Below, piece by piece: positions 19,489 through 29,951 of a stretch of DNA of 64,000 nucleotides (the stretch's first letter is position 1; every line of letters begins with the position of its first letter). The position numbers were made by a program, and so were the translations under genes. Below the pieces are notes generated by a model. The model was not told the origin of the DNA. It did not search any database and saw only the letters and a list, made by a program, of their open reading frames with translations. The DNA comes from an uncultured delta proteobacterium. Its GTDB lineage: Bacteria; Desulfobacterota; Binatia; UBA9968. The DNA lies in NCBI GenBank assembly GCA_963816145.1, contig CAWFJP010000029.1, positions 96,001 through 160,000 on the forward strand, in the 5' to 3' direction.

Positions 19489-20397
19489 ATGGGTATGTTT
19501 TCCAAGTTACTGATACCGCTGGATGGGTCCAAGACTGCCGAGAAGGTATTGCCATTTGCGCGTATCTTGGCCACGACATTCAAACTGCCCATTGAACTCT
19601 TGGAAGTCGTCGATATCGCTGCGGCGACGGCGCATATAGCTGCCGATAAGGCGCGTTATCTGGATCGGATCATCGCTGAGGGCGAAAGTGCGAGCCGCGA
19701 GCACTTGGACGAAATCGCCGCGACATTTACCGGTCTTAATGTCACTTGCAAGGTCGAGCGGGGCCGGCCCGCTGACCTGATCATCGAACGAGCTGAGGCG
19801 GAAAAGGGCACGTTGATCGCCATGGCTACCCATGGCCGCTCGGGAATTAACCGCTGGATGATGGGTAGTGTGGCAGAAAAAGTCCTGCGCGGCACGAAGG
19901 TGCCGTTATTCCTGGTGCGCGCTGGTGACGAGGCGGCGGTAGCCCGGACGGTCGATTTCAAGTCCATCGTGGTCCCGCTCGACGGTTCCGAGCTAGCGGC
20001 ATCGGTGTTGGTGACCGTCAGTGAAATCGCCAAAATGCTCGATATCGAGATCGTTCTCTGCCGCGCCTATGAACTCGCGGCGACGGCTTACTATGGCAGT
20101 GAAGACTATCTGCCCAAGTACGACGAAATGCTCCGTGAGCTAAAGGAAGACGTGGAAGACTATCTCAAGAAGAAAGTCGAGGGGTTGAAGGCCGGTGGCT
20201 TAGCCAAGGTGTCGTGGGTTGCGCTGGAAGGTTCCGGCGCTGAGGCGATTGTCCGCTACGCCAATGCGCGTCCTGATGTGCTCATCGCGATGTGCACCCA
20301 CGGCCGGTCCGGCGTGAGCCGTTGGACGCTTGGTAGCGTGACTGAGAAAGTAGTGCGCCACTCTGATGAACCGGTGCTGGTGTTGCATGCCGGTTGA
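19489..20397 (+). CDS. Tandem universal stress protein
   Basis: Two domains, each with PLDGS and THGRSG...GSV.EKV.R. Confidence 0.93.
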   Translation: MGMFSKLLIPLDGSKTAEKVLPFARILATTFKLPIELLEVVDIAAATAHIAADKARYLDRIIAEGESASREHLDEIAATFTGLNVTCKVERGRPADLIIERAEAEKGTLIAMATHGRSGINRWMMGSVAEKVLRGTKVPLFLVRAGDEAAVARTVDFKSIVVPLDGSELAASVLVTVSEIAKMLDIEIVLCRAYELAATAYYGSEDYLPKYDEMLRELKEDVEDYLKKKVEGLKAGGLAKVSWVALEGSGAEAIVRYANARPDVLIAMCTHGRSGVSRWTLGSVTEKVVRHSDEPVLVLHAG

Positions 20398-20449
20398 ACA
20401 GAGCCGGAGCCCAGGTGAGAGAAATAACGCCGCTCGCAAGGAGGTTTTT

Positions 20450-20920
20450 ATGAGCAAGATAAGAAAGATATTGGCACCGACTGATTACTCCGATTTGTCG
20501 ATCACCGGTTTACGGCATGCCTTCGAGGATGCCCACGAGACCGGCGCCGAGTTGATCGTGCTGCATGTCATTGACATGGGCGATGACTGGTTTGGTACAC
20601 CCAAGAATTTCGCGCCGGTGCGCACTTTGCTGGCTGAGCAGCAAGAGTTTCTCGATAAGTTTCTAAGAGAGAATTTCGCTGAGTTCATGAATGTGGTCGA
20701 AGTGCGTCAGAAAGTCGAACTGGGCACGGCCTACGCAAACATCGCCGCCATGGCCGAGCGCGAAGCCGTTGACGTTGTAATGATGTCGACCCATGGGCGC
20801 ACCGGGCTGGATCACGTCCTGCTCGGCAGCGTTACCGAGAAGGTGATTGCCCATGCGCATTGTCCGGTGCTGGCGATTCCGGCGCCGAAGCGGCACGACA
20901 CGGTGCCTAAGGCGGCGTGA
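20450..20920 (+). CDS. Universal stress protein
   Basis: KILAPTDYS, THGRTGLDHVLLGSVTEKVI..CPVL; ATG 20450 after AAGGAGG. Confidence 0.92.
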   Translation: MSKIRKILAPTDYSDLSITGLRHAFEDAHETGAELIVLHVIDMGDDWFGTPKNFAPVRTLLAEQQEFLDKFLRENFAEFMNVVEVRQKVELGTAYANIAAMAEREAVDVVMMSTHGRTGLDHVLLGSVTEKVIAHAHCPVLAIPAPKRHDTVPKAA

Positions 20921-20950
20921 GGCGTCGAGTAACTCGGCCGGGTGGTTAAG

Positions 20951-21555
20951 TCACTTCATGCCGCCGCTTAGGAGAACTGCGCTGAGCGAGATGCCGACGG
21001 CGACATTGTGACCGTCGAGGGCGCTGTCCGTGCCTCGCGCCACCGATCGGTAGAGGAACGCGAGCAGCACCATGAGCAGTTGGCCGATGAGAAACCACAG
21101 GATGGCCGTGGTCAAACCGTTCTCCCAATCGTAGAATGCACCGCCAATCACGTAGGCGCTGGCCATGTAGGTGGCGCCTTCGATGAGCGCCACGGCGACA
21201 TTTTCCCCTGCACGACCTCGCGGTTGTTGCTAAAGTGATAAAGGATGAACCAGTCATTCAAAAACCGCGAGATATAAATCAGCACGATTGCCAAAATCGC
21301 CTGGAGCGTAAAATCCGCTGCTCCCGAGTCGTCCTGGCCGCGGTCAAAGATCCCAAACAATGAAAAAACCACGGCGATGGCGAACAGAGTGTAGCGCAGC
21401 CCCAATGCCGGATTGTCGCGCCGCAGCAATTCGTTGATCGGGTCATAGCCTTCGAGCTTGCCGGTCAACCAGAGAAACCCCGCCAAGCAGATCAACAAGA
21501 GCAAGACGCCGGCGGCGAGCGAGAGCGGACCGATCAGGACGCTATGCCATTCCAT
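20951..21555 (-). pseudogene. DUF350-type membrane protein, frameshifted near 21200 (possibly sequencing error)
   Basis: YDPINELLRRDNPALG...NNREVVQGK continues in another frame as NVAVALIEGATY...HNVAVGIS; the shift is in a GGGGAAAA run. Confidence 0.65.
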
Positions 21556-21657
21556 TTCGTTCTCCCGGGTTGCGCGTACCATGGCCGAAGTGTAACTTCG
21601 CTCGAAAGTATCATGGTGGAAAAAGCGCTGTAAAGCGTTGGAAGGAGAGTCGCGCGC

Positions 21658-23031
21658 GTGGAGTCCTATTCACAATTGATCGGTAAATTCGCCGCTGGCT
21701 TGAAGCTGGTCGATATGCCACCTGCGGTCGTCGAGAAAGCCAAGTTAGTTTTTCTCGATACCCTCGGTGTCGCACTGGCATCGTCGACCATGGATTTTGG
21801 CGCGATGGTCACTAAGGTGGCCCAGAAGCTCGGCGGCGCGGCCGATAGCTTGATCATCGGTTCGCCGGACCGGGTGGCCGCGGCCAATGCGGTGATCGCC
21901 AATGGCACTCTAGCCCATGGTTTGGACTACGATGATACCTTGGAAGAGGCGATCGTCCACACCGGCTCGTGCGCGTGGATGACCGCCTTCGCGGTGGCGG
22001 AAGAAACCGCCGCGAGCGGGCGAGCGCTTTTGGAGGCCGCCATCGTCGGCACCGAGGTGCTGTGTAAGATTGGTCTTGTTGCGCCGGGAAAGTTTCATGC
22101 CCGCGGTTTTCATCCGACGGCGATCTGTTCGACTTTCGGCGCAGCGGCGGCGGCGGGCCGGCTCTACGGATTGAGCCCTGCACAATGGATCGACGCCTTT
22201 GGTCTATGCGGCAGCCAGAGCTCGGGAATCATCGAATATTTGGCCGACGGCACATGGACCAAGCGCTTGCATCCCGGATGGTCTTCTCATGGCGGCGTCA
22301 TTGCGGCGCTGCTGGCCAAAGAAGGTTTTCGCGGTCCGGCAAAAGTCTTCGAAGGCATCAACGGTTTCTTTCCGTCGTTCGGCGGCAAGAACGATTACCA
22401 CTATGAGAAAATCGCCGAGCTTGGCAAGATCTGGGAGATCCCCAGGCTGACGTTCAAGTCTTATCCCTGCGGTTCGATCTCCCATCCCTACATGGATTGC
22501 GCCCTCAAGATTAAGCAGAAGCATGCTCCGGCGCCGGCGCGGATCAAAGAAGTCGTGTGTCGCACGGCCGAAGGGCCGGTGCATCGTCTGTGGGAACCGT
22601 TGGCGGACAAGCAGACGCCGATCAGCTCCTACGGTGCCAAGTTCAGCTTGCCCTACAGTATCGCGGTCATGCTGGTCCGTGGCCGAGCCGGCTTGGAGGA
22701 GTTTACCGACCAAGCGATTCGCGACACCGAAGTCTTACAGCTAGCCGCAAAAGTTCGTTACCAACTCGATGCGAGCATCGATTACCCGCGCCATTTTTCC
22801 GGCCATGTCAAAGTTTATCTCGATGACGGCACCCTGCTCGAAGAAAATCAGCCGCACCCGCGCGGCGGTTTTGAAGACCCCTTGCCGCCGTCTGACATCG
22901 AGGCAAAGTTTCGCACCAACGCTAAACTCGCGTTGCCGATGAACCAAGTGGAACAAGTTCTTGACGCCGTGCAGCATTTGGAACAGCTGCCTTCGACGCG
23001 GGGGCTAAGCGATCTGTTGATGCCATCATGA
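21658..23031 (+). CDS. MmgE/PrpD family protein
   Basis: NGTLAHGLDYDD, GFHPT, KRLHPG, KSYPCG, AKFSLPY. Confidence 0.92.
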   Translation: MESYSQLIGKFAAGLKLVDMPPAVVEKAKLVFLDTLGVALASSTMDFGAMVTKVAQKLGGAADSLIIGSPDRVAAANAVIANGTLAHGLDYDDTLEEAIVHTGSCAWMTAFAVAEETAASGRALLEAAIVGTEVLCKIGLVAPGKFHARGFHPTAICSTFGAAAAAGRLYGLSPAQWIDAFGLCGSQSSGIIEYLADGTWTKRLHPGWSSHGGVIAALLAKEGFRGPAKVFEGINGFFPSFGGKNDYHYEKIAELGKIWEIPRLTFKSYPCGSISHPYMDCALKIKQKHAPAPARIKEVVCRTAEGPVHRLWEPLADKQTPISSYGAKFSLPYSIAVMLVRGRAGLEEFTDQAIRDTEVLQLAAKVRYQLDASIDYPRHFSGHVKVYLDDGTLLEENQPHPRGGFEDPLPPSDIEAKFRTNAKLALPMNQVEQVLDAVQHLEQLPSTRGLSDLLMPS

Positions 23032-23055
23032 TGGTATTCATGGCAGCGTCCGGCG

Positions 23056-23727
23056 GTGAAACTTGTGCGGGCCCATACCAGACAATCCATCTTTCGCACG
23101 GCGAGTTACGCCTTATTGCTGATCGGTTCGATTGCTTGCGGCGGCGGCAGCTTTAATAACCTGCGTAATCTCGGTTCGACGAGAGAGGCGATCGTCGGTT
23201 TGGGCGACAGTTTGACCGAAGGTGTCGGTGCCAATCCGGGCGAAGACTATCCTGCGGTCCTGTTGCGCGAACTAGCCTTTCCGGTGGTCAATCGAGGCAG
23301 ACGCAGCGACACCACGGCAGACGCACTGGCGCGCTTACCCGAAGTCCTGGAACGCGATCCGCGCCTGGTGATTGTCTTATTGGGCGGCAACGACTTTTTG
23401 CGCCAGGTGCCGCGCCGCGAGACTAAAAAGAATTTGGCAGAGGTCGTGCGGCGCTTGCAGGACCATGGCGCGATGGTGGCGATCGCCGGGATGCGACTCG
23501 GGCTCTTTACCGATGAATTCAGCCCGATCTACAAAGAGTCGGCCGAGCAATTTGGCGCCTACTATATTCCCCAGGTGATGCAAGGAATCCTTAGCGATCC
23601 CCAACTCAAAAGCGATCCAATCCATCCCAACGCTGCGGGGTATCGCTTGCTCGGACAACCTATCGCCGAGAAGCTCAAGTCGCTACTGCGCGAGGCAGAT
23701 CGCTTGACCGGGCGGCGCGGCGCTTAG
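23056..23727 (+). CDS. SGNH/GDSL hydrolase (arylesterase/TesA-like lipoprotein)
   Basis: GDSLT, LGGND, DPIHPN. Confidence 0.88.
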   Translation: MKLVRAHTRQSIFRTASYALLLIGSIACGGGSFNNLRNLGSTREAIVGLGDSLTEGVGANPGEDYPAVLLRELAFPVVNRGRRSDTTADALARLPEVLERDPRLVIVLLGGNDFLRQVPRRETKKNLAEVVRRLQDHGAMVAIAGMRLGLFTDEFSPIYKESAEQFGAYYIPQVMQGILSDPQLKSDPIHPNAAGYRLLGQPIAEKLKSLLREADRLTGRRGA

Positions 23728-24616
23728 TCAGGTAATAGACAGCCACGCCGGTCACAAGGATCGCTGCCCAAGTAACTATGCCGCTGACGATTTTTGGATC
23801 GTTGGCGCCGAACAGCCATCCTAGTTGATCGCGTTTGAAGTCGCCGAATACTCGCAGAGTTTTTAATCCGAACACCCAGCCAGCGTGCAATCCAATGGCG
23901 AGAAACAAATTGCCGGAACGGTCCACGGCAAACGACAGAACCGCGCCGACCAGGAATAATCCGATGAGGCCGGGCACCATAGGCAGCGGGTCAAGAAACG
24001 GCGTGAAGGTATAAACCAAATGACGGAATCCGGCGCTGGGCTCCAGTTGGTCGAGGTAATAGGGCTCGCCCGGTTTGACGAAATGCACAGCTGTATAGAA
24101 TAGGTTGGCCAAGAGATAGGCGCGGCAATTATAGCCATGGGCACGCAGCCCCATGAACAGGATGCCACGAAAAAATAGCTCCTCCAGTGCGCCGGCAAAA
24201 ACTCCGGCAGCCGCGGCACTAGTGATGCGTGACAAGGTGAGGGATCCGCTGAGACGAAAAAATGGCGTAAAGACTTCGGCGACTGTCATTGCGGTGATGA
24301 TCAAGAGAATGGAGGCTGCCGCCAGTCCCAACCCTGCGGTGAAATCTTGTCGCGCCGTGGCGCCGCCGACTTGAAGCAGCTCTCTCAGTTGTGCGGTCAT
24401 TAGTGCGCGGCGATTAACAAGAAATAGCAGGACACCGGAAAGCATGAAGGCGCGATCGAAGGTGCGATGAAACGGAATCCGCTGTGGCATCAAAGCCGGC
24501 CACTGGGTCATGAACCAGTCGGCGCCCAGAGACAAGACTGGACTGATGACACAAGCGAGGGCCAGGGCGATCGCCAGGAAGAGCAGCAGTCGTTGATGCG
24601 GTTGCCACGATTTCAT
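23675..24616 (-). CDS. CPBP (CAAX/Abi) intramembrane metalloprotease
   Basis: EELFFRG, YTAVH, IGLHAGW; multiple TM segments; probable start 24616. Confidence 0.85.
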   Translation of the reverse strand: MKSWQPHQRLLLFLAIALALACVISPVLSLGADWFMTQWPALMPQRIPFHRTFDRAFMLSGVLLFLVNRRALMTAQLRELLQVGGATARQDFTAGLGLAAASILLIITAMTVAEVFTPFFRLSGSLTLSRITSAAAAGVFAGALEELFFRGILFMGLRAHGYNCRAYLLANLFYTAVHFVKPGEPYYLDQLEPSAGFRHLVYTFTPFLDPLPMVPGLIGLFLVGAVLSFAVDRSGNLFLAIGLHAGWVFGLKTLRVFGDFKRDQLGWLFGANDPKIVSGIVTWAAILVTGVAVYYLTKRRAARSSDLPRAVAT

Positions 24617-24648
24617 GAACTTCTGAACTATGTTATAGCGACGGATCG

Positions 24649-25386
24649 ATGGCAAGCAACGACAGCAAAAAACTGTCCGGCAAAGTTGCGTTGATCACCG
24701 GCGGCAGCCGCGGCATTGGCCGTGCGATCGCCGGTGCCTACGCCGATCAGGGCGCCGAAGTATTTATCTGCGGGCGTAACCCTCGCGACCTCACGCGTGC
24801 GATCGAGGAGATTCGCCTTGCCGGCGGGGTAATCGACGGCACCAGCGGCGATATCGCTGAGCCTGCCGATGTGCAGCGCATTGTCCAACAGGCGGTTGCG
24901 CGATTCGGCACCATTGACGTATTGGTGAACAACGCCAGCTTGCTCGGACCACGAGTAACCATTGCCACTTATGAATTTGCCGCTTGGCGGGAGGTCATGG
25001 GCACCAATCTCAATGGGTTATTCCTGGTGACCCGTGAGGTGCTGCCGATCATGTTGGCGCGGCGTTCCGGTGCAATCATCAATCTCACCTCGGGGGTGGG
25101 ACGGGTCGGCAAAGCCCGGTGGGGCGCCTACGCGGTCTCGAAAGCGGCGTTGGAGGGCTTCACGCAGGTGCTTGCCGATGAAGTGCGTGCGGAGGGGATC
25201 CGGGTAAATTCAGTCAATCCAGCGGCAACCAGAACTAAAATGCGGGCCGAAGCTTATCCCGCGGAAGACCCAATGACGCTGCCTACCCCAGAGTCGATTA
25301 TGCCGATCTTTGTTTATCTGGCTTCGGACGAGTCCGCCGAAGTTTCCGGTCAGGCGTTGAACGCGCGGGAGTGGCTCGTTAAATGA
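24649..25386 (+). CDS. Short-chain dehydrogenase/reductase (YciK-like)
   Basis: TGGSRGIG, NNAS, YAVSK, NPAATRTKMRAEAYPAED. Confidence 0.9.
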   Translation: MASNDSKKLSGKVALITGGSRGIGRAIAGAYADQGAEVFICGRNPRDLTRAIEEIRLAGGVIDGTSGDIAEPADVQRIVQQAVARFGTIDVLVNNASLLGPRVTIATYEFAAWREVMGTNLNGLFLVTREVLPIMLARRSGAIINLTSGVGRVGKARWGAYAVSKAALEGFTQVLADEVRAEGIRVNSVNPAATRTKMRAEAYPAEDPMTLPTPESIMPIFVYLASDESAEVSGQALNAREWLVK

Positions 25387-25491
25387 ATTGAAGTCTCTGA
25401 AAGATTCCTGTAAAGATCGGCCACTATGCCAGGAGTACAAGGTAAAAAGACTGAAAACTCTATCTATTGGAATGCTGCCGAAGTGGCTTCG

Positions 25492-26526
25492 ATGCTGTCT
25501 GCTCGATTCAGCACCATCGTCGACCTCGCGTCTCGGCGGCGTCAATTTATTACTAAAATTTTGTTTTTTGTTTACGCTCTTTTTCTCGGCTCGGCCCAGG
25601 CCCAGGAGCTAAAAAAGATCAAGATCGGTTATCCGGCAATATCCTACAATCAAATTCACATTTGGATCGCCAAGGACGCGGGAATTTACCGGCGGCATGG
25701 GCTCGACGTCGAGGTGATTTTTTTTCGCGGCGGGCAAATGGCGACACAGGCTCTGGTCGCCGGCGATCCGCCGATCGTCAATATCGGCACCGTGGTGCCG
25801 GCCGGCCTGCAGGGCCATGACATTGTTTTGATCGCGTCGTCGGAATCGGCGTATAACTATTCAGTGGTCGCCAAACCGGCGATTACTCGGGTCGAACAGC
25901 TGAAGGGCAAGAACTTGGGCGTCAGCGGATTTGGCTCGGCGTCTCATAATGCCGCGTTGATTCTGCTGAAAAAATTCAACCTGGAAGCGGGCAAAGATGT
26001 TGCCCTGGTAGTGGCGGGCCCAACTATGGAGCGGCTAAGTGCGGTCGACGCCGGTCGCATTGACGCGACGATTCTCACGCCGTCGGAAATGCCGCGGGCG
26101 AAAAGGCAGGGTTTGATCGAAGTGTACGACATGCTGGAGCTCGGTATCGAGGTGCAGGGAAATGGCTTCGCTACTTCGCGCGGCTTTATTCGCAGCCAGC
26201 GGGAGACCGCGTTGAGCGCGCTGCGCTCCTACGTCGAGGCGATTTACTTTATCGGCAAGAATAAGGATGAGTCCAAACGCATTGCCGGCAAGTATATGCG
26301 CACCAACGAACAGGATGTGCTCGAGGCGACCTATGACTGGTTCGTCAAGCGGGTGGCCAAACGACCTTACCCGACCTTGAAAGGCATTCAGTATATCCTC
26401 GACGAGTTGGCGCCAAAGGTGCCCCAGGCCAAAACCGCCAAGCCGGAACAGTTCGTCGATCTGAGCCTATTGCAGCAGTTGGAGAAGGAAGGGTTCTTCA
26501 CCGAGATGGCGAAACGTTACCAGTAG
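25492..26526 (+). CDS. ABC substrate-binding protein, NitT/TauT family (start uncertain)
   Basis: Signal peptide ending AQA-QELKKIKIG, LKGKNLGVS, FVDLSLLQQLEKEGF. Confidence 0.85.
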   Translation: MLSARFSTIVDLASRRRQFITKILFFVYALFLGSAQAQELKKIKIGYPAISYNQIHIWIAKDAGIYRRHGLDVEVIFFRGGQMATQALVAGDPPIVNIGTVVPAGLQGHDIVLIASSESAYNYSVVAKPAITRVEQLKGKNLGVSGFGSASHNAALILLKKFNLEAGKDVALVVAGPTMERLSAVDAGRIDATILTPSEMPRAKRQGLIEVYDMLELGIEVQGNGFATSRGFIRSQRETALSALRSYVEAIYFIGKNKDESKRIAGKYMRTNEQDVLEATYDWFVKRVAKRPYPTLKGIQYILDELAPKVPQAKTAKPEQFVDLSLLQQLEKEGFFTEMAKRYQ

Positions 26527-26571
26527 CGATCACGCCAATTCACATTCTAAACCTGAACTGAGGGGGGCGGT

Positions 26572-27075
26572 ATGAATCTCAAGATCGGTCAGAAATTTCC
26601 CGACATCGAGTTGTCCGACCAGGAAAACCAGCCGGCGAAGTTGTCCGAGCTGGTCGGCAAGTTTCCCTTCGTCCTGGCGTTCTACCGCGGCTATTGGTGA
26701 GCCAAATGCCAGGTGCAGTTGCGCCAATACGTTGAATTTCAAAAGGAGCTGGCGGTGAGCTACTGCCACCTCGCCGTGTGCAGTGTCGATTCGCCGGATG
26801 TCAACGATGCGTTTCGTACCGGCTTGGGCGCGCAGTTTCCCTTCTTGAGCGACCAAGAGCGCAAGGTCGTAAAGATGCTCGACATGACCGAGACCTCCAA
26901 AAGCAGGGGAGTGACCGCCATGCCGCACACTTTCGCACTGCTGCCGGACCTGACGATTCACAACATCCACAACGGCTACTGGTATTGGGGCCGGCCGACG
27001 CTCGAAGAGTTGCGCGTCGACTTCCGCGCCATGCTGCGCAAGGTCCGCCCCGACTTCGAAGGTCCGGTGGGATAA
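26572..27075 (+). CDS. Peroxiredoxin-like (AhpC/TSA redoxin) selenoprotein, UGA 26698-26700 = Sec in UxxC
   Basis: MNLKIGQKFPDIELSDQENQPAKLSELVGKFPFVLAFYRGYW-U-AKCQVQL is in frame with ORF 26713..27075 (SVDSP, FPFLSD, NGYWYWGRP); GAGGGGG RBS before ATG 26572. Confidence 0.85.
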
Positions 27076-27135
27076 CCCGACACAAGTTCAATAGGCGCAG
27101 TTGCAAGCGGGCTTGGTTGCCGGTAAGCTTTTCTT

Positions 27136-27390
27136 ATGATTAGCCCTGAGGAAATCAAAGATACTCTAGCGAAGGCGTTGCCGGTATCGCTGGTCGAGAC
27201 CCAAGACTTGACCGGCGGCGGCGATCATTGGCAATTGATTATTGTATCGGCGGCCTTTGACGGCAAAGGTTTGCTGGAACAACATCGCATGGTCAATGAG
27301 GTGCTCAAGGAGCCGTTGGCGGACCAGCGGATTCATGCGCTGTCGCTCAAGACCTATAGTCCGGCACAATGGGAGAAGTTGGGGGCCTAA
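27136..27390 (+). CDS. bolA: BolA/IbaG family protein
   Basis: GGGDHW..IVS..F.GK..LEQHRMV..L...IHALSLKT. Confidence 0.92.
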   Translation: MISPEEIKDTLAKALPVSLVETQDLTGGGDHWQLIIVSAAFDGKGLLEQHRMVNEVLKEPLADQRIHALSLKTYSPAQWEKLGA

Positions 27391-27412
27391 TTCCAACTGG
27401 AAATAAGGAGAA

Positions 27413-27742
27413 ATGATTATGGCAGAAGATGTGATCAGCAAAATCGACGAGAAAGTTAAGAACAACAAGGTGTTTGTCTATATGAAGGGCACGCCGGATT
27501 TCCCTCAGTGCGGCTTTTCGGCGCACACCGTCGAAATTCTCAAATCCTACGGCTTCCCCTTCGCCAGCGATGACGTACTGGCCGACTCGGCTGTGCGCGA
27601 GGGTATCAAGCGCTACTCGAATTGGCCGACGATTCCGCAGGTTTACATCGACGGCAAGTTCGTCGGCGGCTGCGACATCTTGCACGAGTTGCACGAGCGC
27701 GGCGAGCTCGAACCGATGCTCAAGGCCGCTTTCTCCAAGTAA
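27413..27742 (+). CDS. grxD: Monothiol glutaredoxin (CGFS)
   Basis: MKGTPDFPQCGFS, WPTIPQVYIDGKFVGGCDI. Confidence 0.95.
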   Translation: MIMAEDVISKIDEKVKNNKVFVYMKGTPDFPQCGFSAHTVEILKSYGFPFASDDVLADSAVREGIKRYSNWPTIPQVYIDGKFVGGCDILHELHERGELEPMLKAAFSK

Positions 27743-27746
27743 GTAG

Positions 27747-27784
27747 AAAAAAAGCCCCGTATCGCTAAGATTCGGGGCTTTTTT
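27747..27784 (+). terminator. Rho-independent terminator after grxD
   Basis: AAAAAAAGCCCCG-loop-CGGGGCTTTTTT. Confidence 0.8.
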
Positions 27785-27816
27785 GCGTCTAAACGTCGAA
27801 TAGGAGGGTGAGTCAC

Positions 27817-28218
27817 ATGAGAAGTCGTCTCGCCATAGTCGGTATTGCCGTAAGTTTGGCTCTGCTCACGTCCTGTTCGTCGCTCGGCCGCTGGGGCTCG
27901 AAACACGACGTTTTTGAAACCGGATTGACGCTTTTTAACCAGGGCCGCTTCGCTGATGCGATTCCCTATCTCGAAGACGCAACCCATGACAATCCCAGGG
28001 ATGCTCAGGCCTATCTCTATCTTGGCCGCGCCTATATTAGCCAGAGCAAATGGCGCAAGGCCATACCGCCGTTACGTACCGCCTTTCGCTTGTCGCCGCG
28101 AGATGCTCAAGAGGAGATCATCAATTTGATTATCGACGCCGGGTTTGCCGCGGCGATCAACGATTTCAAACTGGGCGACATTCTCGATTCACCGCGCCGT
28201 TCCAAGGAGCTGCTATAG
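27817..28218 (+). CDS. TPR-containing lipoprotein
   Basis: Lipobox LTSC; TPR pattern G..LFNQGRFADAI..L...P.DAQAYLYLG. Confidence 0.75.
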   Translation: MRSRLAIVGIAVSLALLTSCSSLGRWGSKHDVFETGLTLFNQGRFADAIPYLEDATHDNPRDAQAYLYLGRAYISQSKWRKAIPPLRTAFRLSPRDAQEEIINLIIDAGFAAAINDFKLGDILDSPRRSKELL

Positions 28219-28269
28219 CGCTGCGGCTCGTAGCCAATCAGTTCCGCAACAACTTTAGAGGAGATCGAA

Positions 28270-28995
28270 ATGACCAAAGTGTGGTTGGCGGTATTATTTT
28301 TCCTACTGGCGGTGAATCCAGCGGCGGCACAGTTCGACAAGTTGTTAAAAGATCTTGGCGGTAATCTGCCGAGCATGGGCGGATTGAGCGATGCCAAGGT
28401 AGGTTCCGGTCTTCAAGAGGCCCTCAAGGTCGGCACCGAGAACGCCGTCACTCAGACCAGCTCGGTCGACGGATTCTTGTTGAACAAGGCGATCAAGATC
28501 CTCATGCCCAAACCGCTGCAGTCCATGGAAAAACCTCTGCGCCTGGTCGGCTACGGCCCGCAGATCGACGAGTTCGTAGTCGGCATGAACCGGGCGGCGG
28601 AAAAGGCCGTGCCGTTCGCTAAGGATATCTTCTGGGCCGCCATCGGCGAGATGACTTTCGACGATGCGCGCCAGATTCTCAATGGCGGCGATACCGCGGC
28701 GACCGATTACTTCAAAGCGAAGACATCCAAAAAGCTGCAGGCTGCGTTCAAGCCGTCGGTTACCGAGGTGATGGATCAGGTCGGCGTCAACCAGCAGTAC
28801 AATGCCCTGGTCAGCAAGTATCATGACGTGCCGTTCTCCAAGAGCATTGCCTTCGACGTAAACCAGTATGTCACCGAAAAAACCACCGACGGCATCTTCT
28901 ACGTCGTCGGCCAGGAAGAGAAAAAGATCAGAACCAATCCGGCGGCGCGGGTGACGGATCTGTTGAAGGAAGTATTCGGCAGCAGAAAAAAGTAG
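28270..28995 (+). CDS. DUF4197 family secreted protein
   Basis: [47 protein letters not shown]. Confidence 0.88.
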   Translation: MTKVWLAVLFFLLAVNPAAAQFDKLLKDLGGNLPSMGGLSDAKVGSGLQEALKVGTENAVTQTSSVDGFLLNKAIKILMPKPLQSMEKPLRLVGYGPQIDEFVVGMNRAAEKAVPFAKDIFWAAIGEMTFDDARQILNGGDTAATDYFKAKTSKKLQAAFKPSVTEVMDQVGVNQQYNALVSKYHDVPFSKSIAFDVNQYVTEKTTDGIFYVVGQEEKKIRTNPAARVTDLLKEVFGSRKK

Positions 28996-29019
28996 CCTTC
29001 ATCTGTATTCTCGTCAGCG

Positions 29020-29055
29020 AAAAAACGGGCGAGTGAATTATTCACTCGCCCGTTT
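29020..29055. terminator. Bidirectional terminator hairpin between convergent genes
   Basis: AAACGGGCGAGTGAAT-T-ATTCACTCGCCCGTTT. Confidence 0.8.
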
Positions 29056-29078
29056 GCGTTCTTGGGTCCGATCGCCGC

Positions 29079-29805
29079 TCAATTAGCCAACGATGCCATC
29101 AGCCTGCCGTAACCCGTCACTTCCTGTTTGACCTTCGCCATCTGCAACGCGTGCCAGATATAAGCTTGTGAGCTAGTGATCACCGGCTTGCCAAGTTCCC
29201 GTTCCAGCAAATCCACGTCGGTGATCGTCGGCCAGCGTGGGCAGGGGACGAAAACGCCGTCGGCGTCGGGCGCCGACTCGTAGAGTCGCTTGGCGATCTT
29301 ATACGCCGCATGCTCGTCCATGTCGGTGATGTCGGCATTTTTGCGAACGCCATAACCTTTGATTTTTAGCACTTTGAAGCCAGAGGCTTCGAGGAACGCT
29401 TTCATGCGCTCGTTGAGCGTGTCTTCATGCGGCGTGGCGACCACGAGCTGTTCGATACCGAGGGATTTGAGAGCTCGGATCTCGCCGGTGATGCCTGGAG
29501 ATACCGGCACACCGTACTTGTCGCTCAAGCCGCTTGCCCATCTCGATGTCGCTGCCGTAACCCAACTTGGTGAACAGCGGCGAACCGCCGATGATCACCG
29601 AATCGCACTTGTTGTCGACCAGGTCTGCCGCCGCTTCTTCGATGCGCTGCAGCTGCCGCTCCAAGTCGGCGTCGACCAATTGGCGGATCGTGCCGGTGCT
29701 GTTGAGCATCATAAAGCCCGCGGGCATCATCTGATAGAATTCATAGACTAATGTGTCGCCGCGCGACGGCGCGACATGGCCGATTCTCACTCTCCATCCG
29801 TACAT
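29079..29805 (-). CDS. Maleate isomerase / arylmalonate decarboxylase family protein, +1 frameshift near 29527 (likely sequencing error)
   Basis: MYGWRVRIGHVAPS...IIGGSP...MGKRL joins SDKYGVPV...VATPH...DGVFVPCP...LERELGKPVITS in the next frame. Confidence 0.8.
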
Positions 29806-29885
29806 CTCTTACCTCCTCACTACCAATTGTACTATGTTCGAAATTATCAACCTTGTTCGATCTGTTTTAGTGGCTTGCTAGTTTT

Positions 29886-29925
29886 CGTTCCAATCGTTTC
29901 AGCCGTTCAAAATGGTCCAATCGTT
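29886..29925. repeat. Intergenic 9-mer tandem repeat (CGTTCCAAT-like)
   Basis: CGTTCCAAT CGTTTCAGC CGTTCAAAA TGGTCCAAT CGTT. Confidence 0.55.
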
Positions 29926-29951
29926 GGGGAAAAAATACATACTCGGAATCT

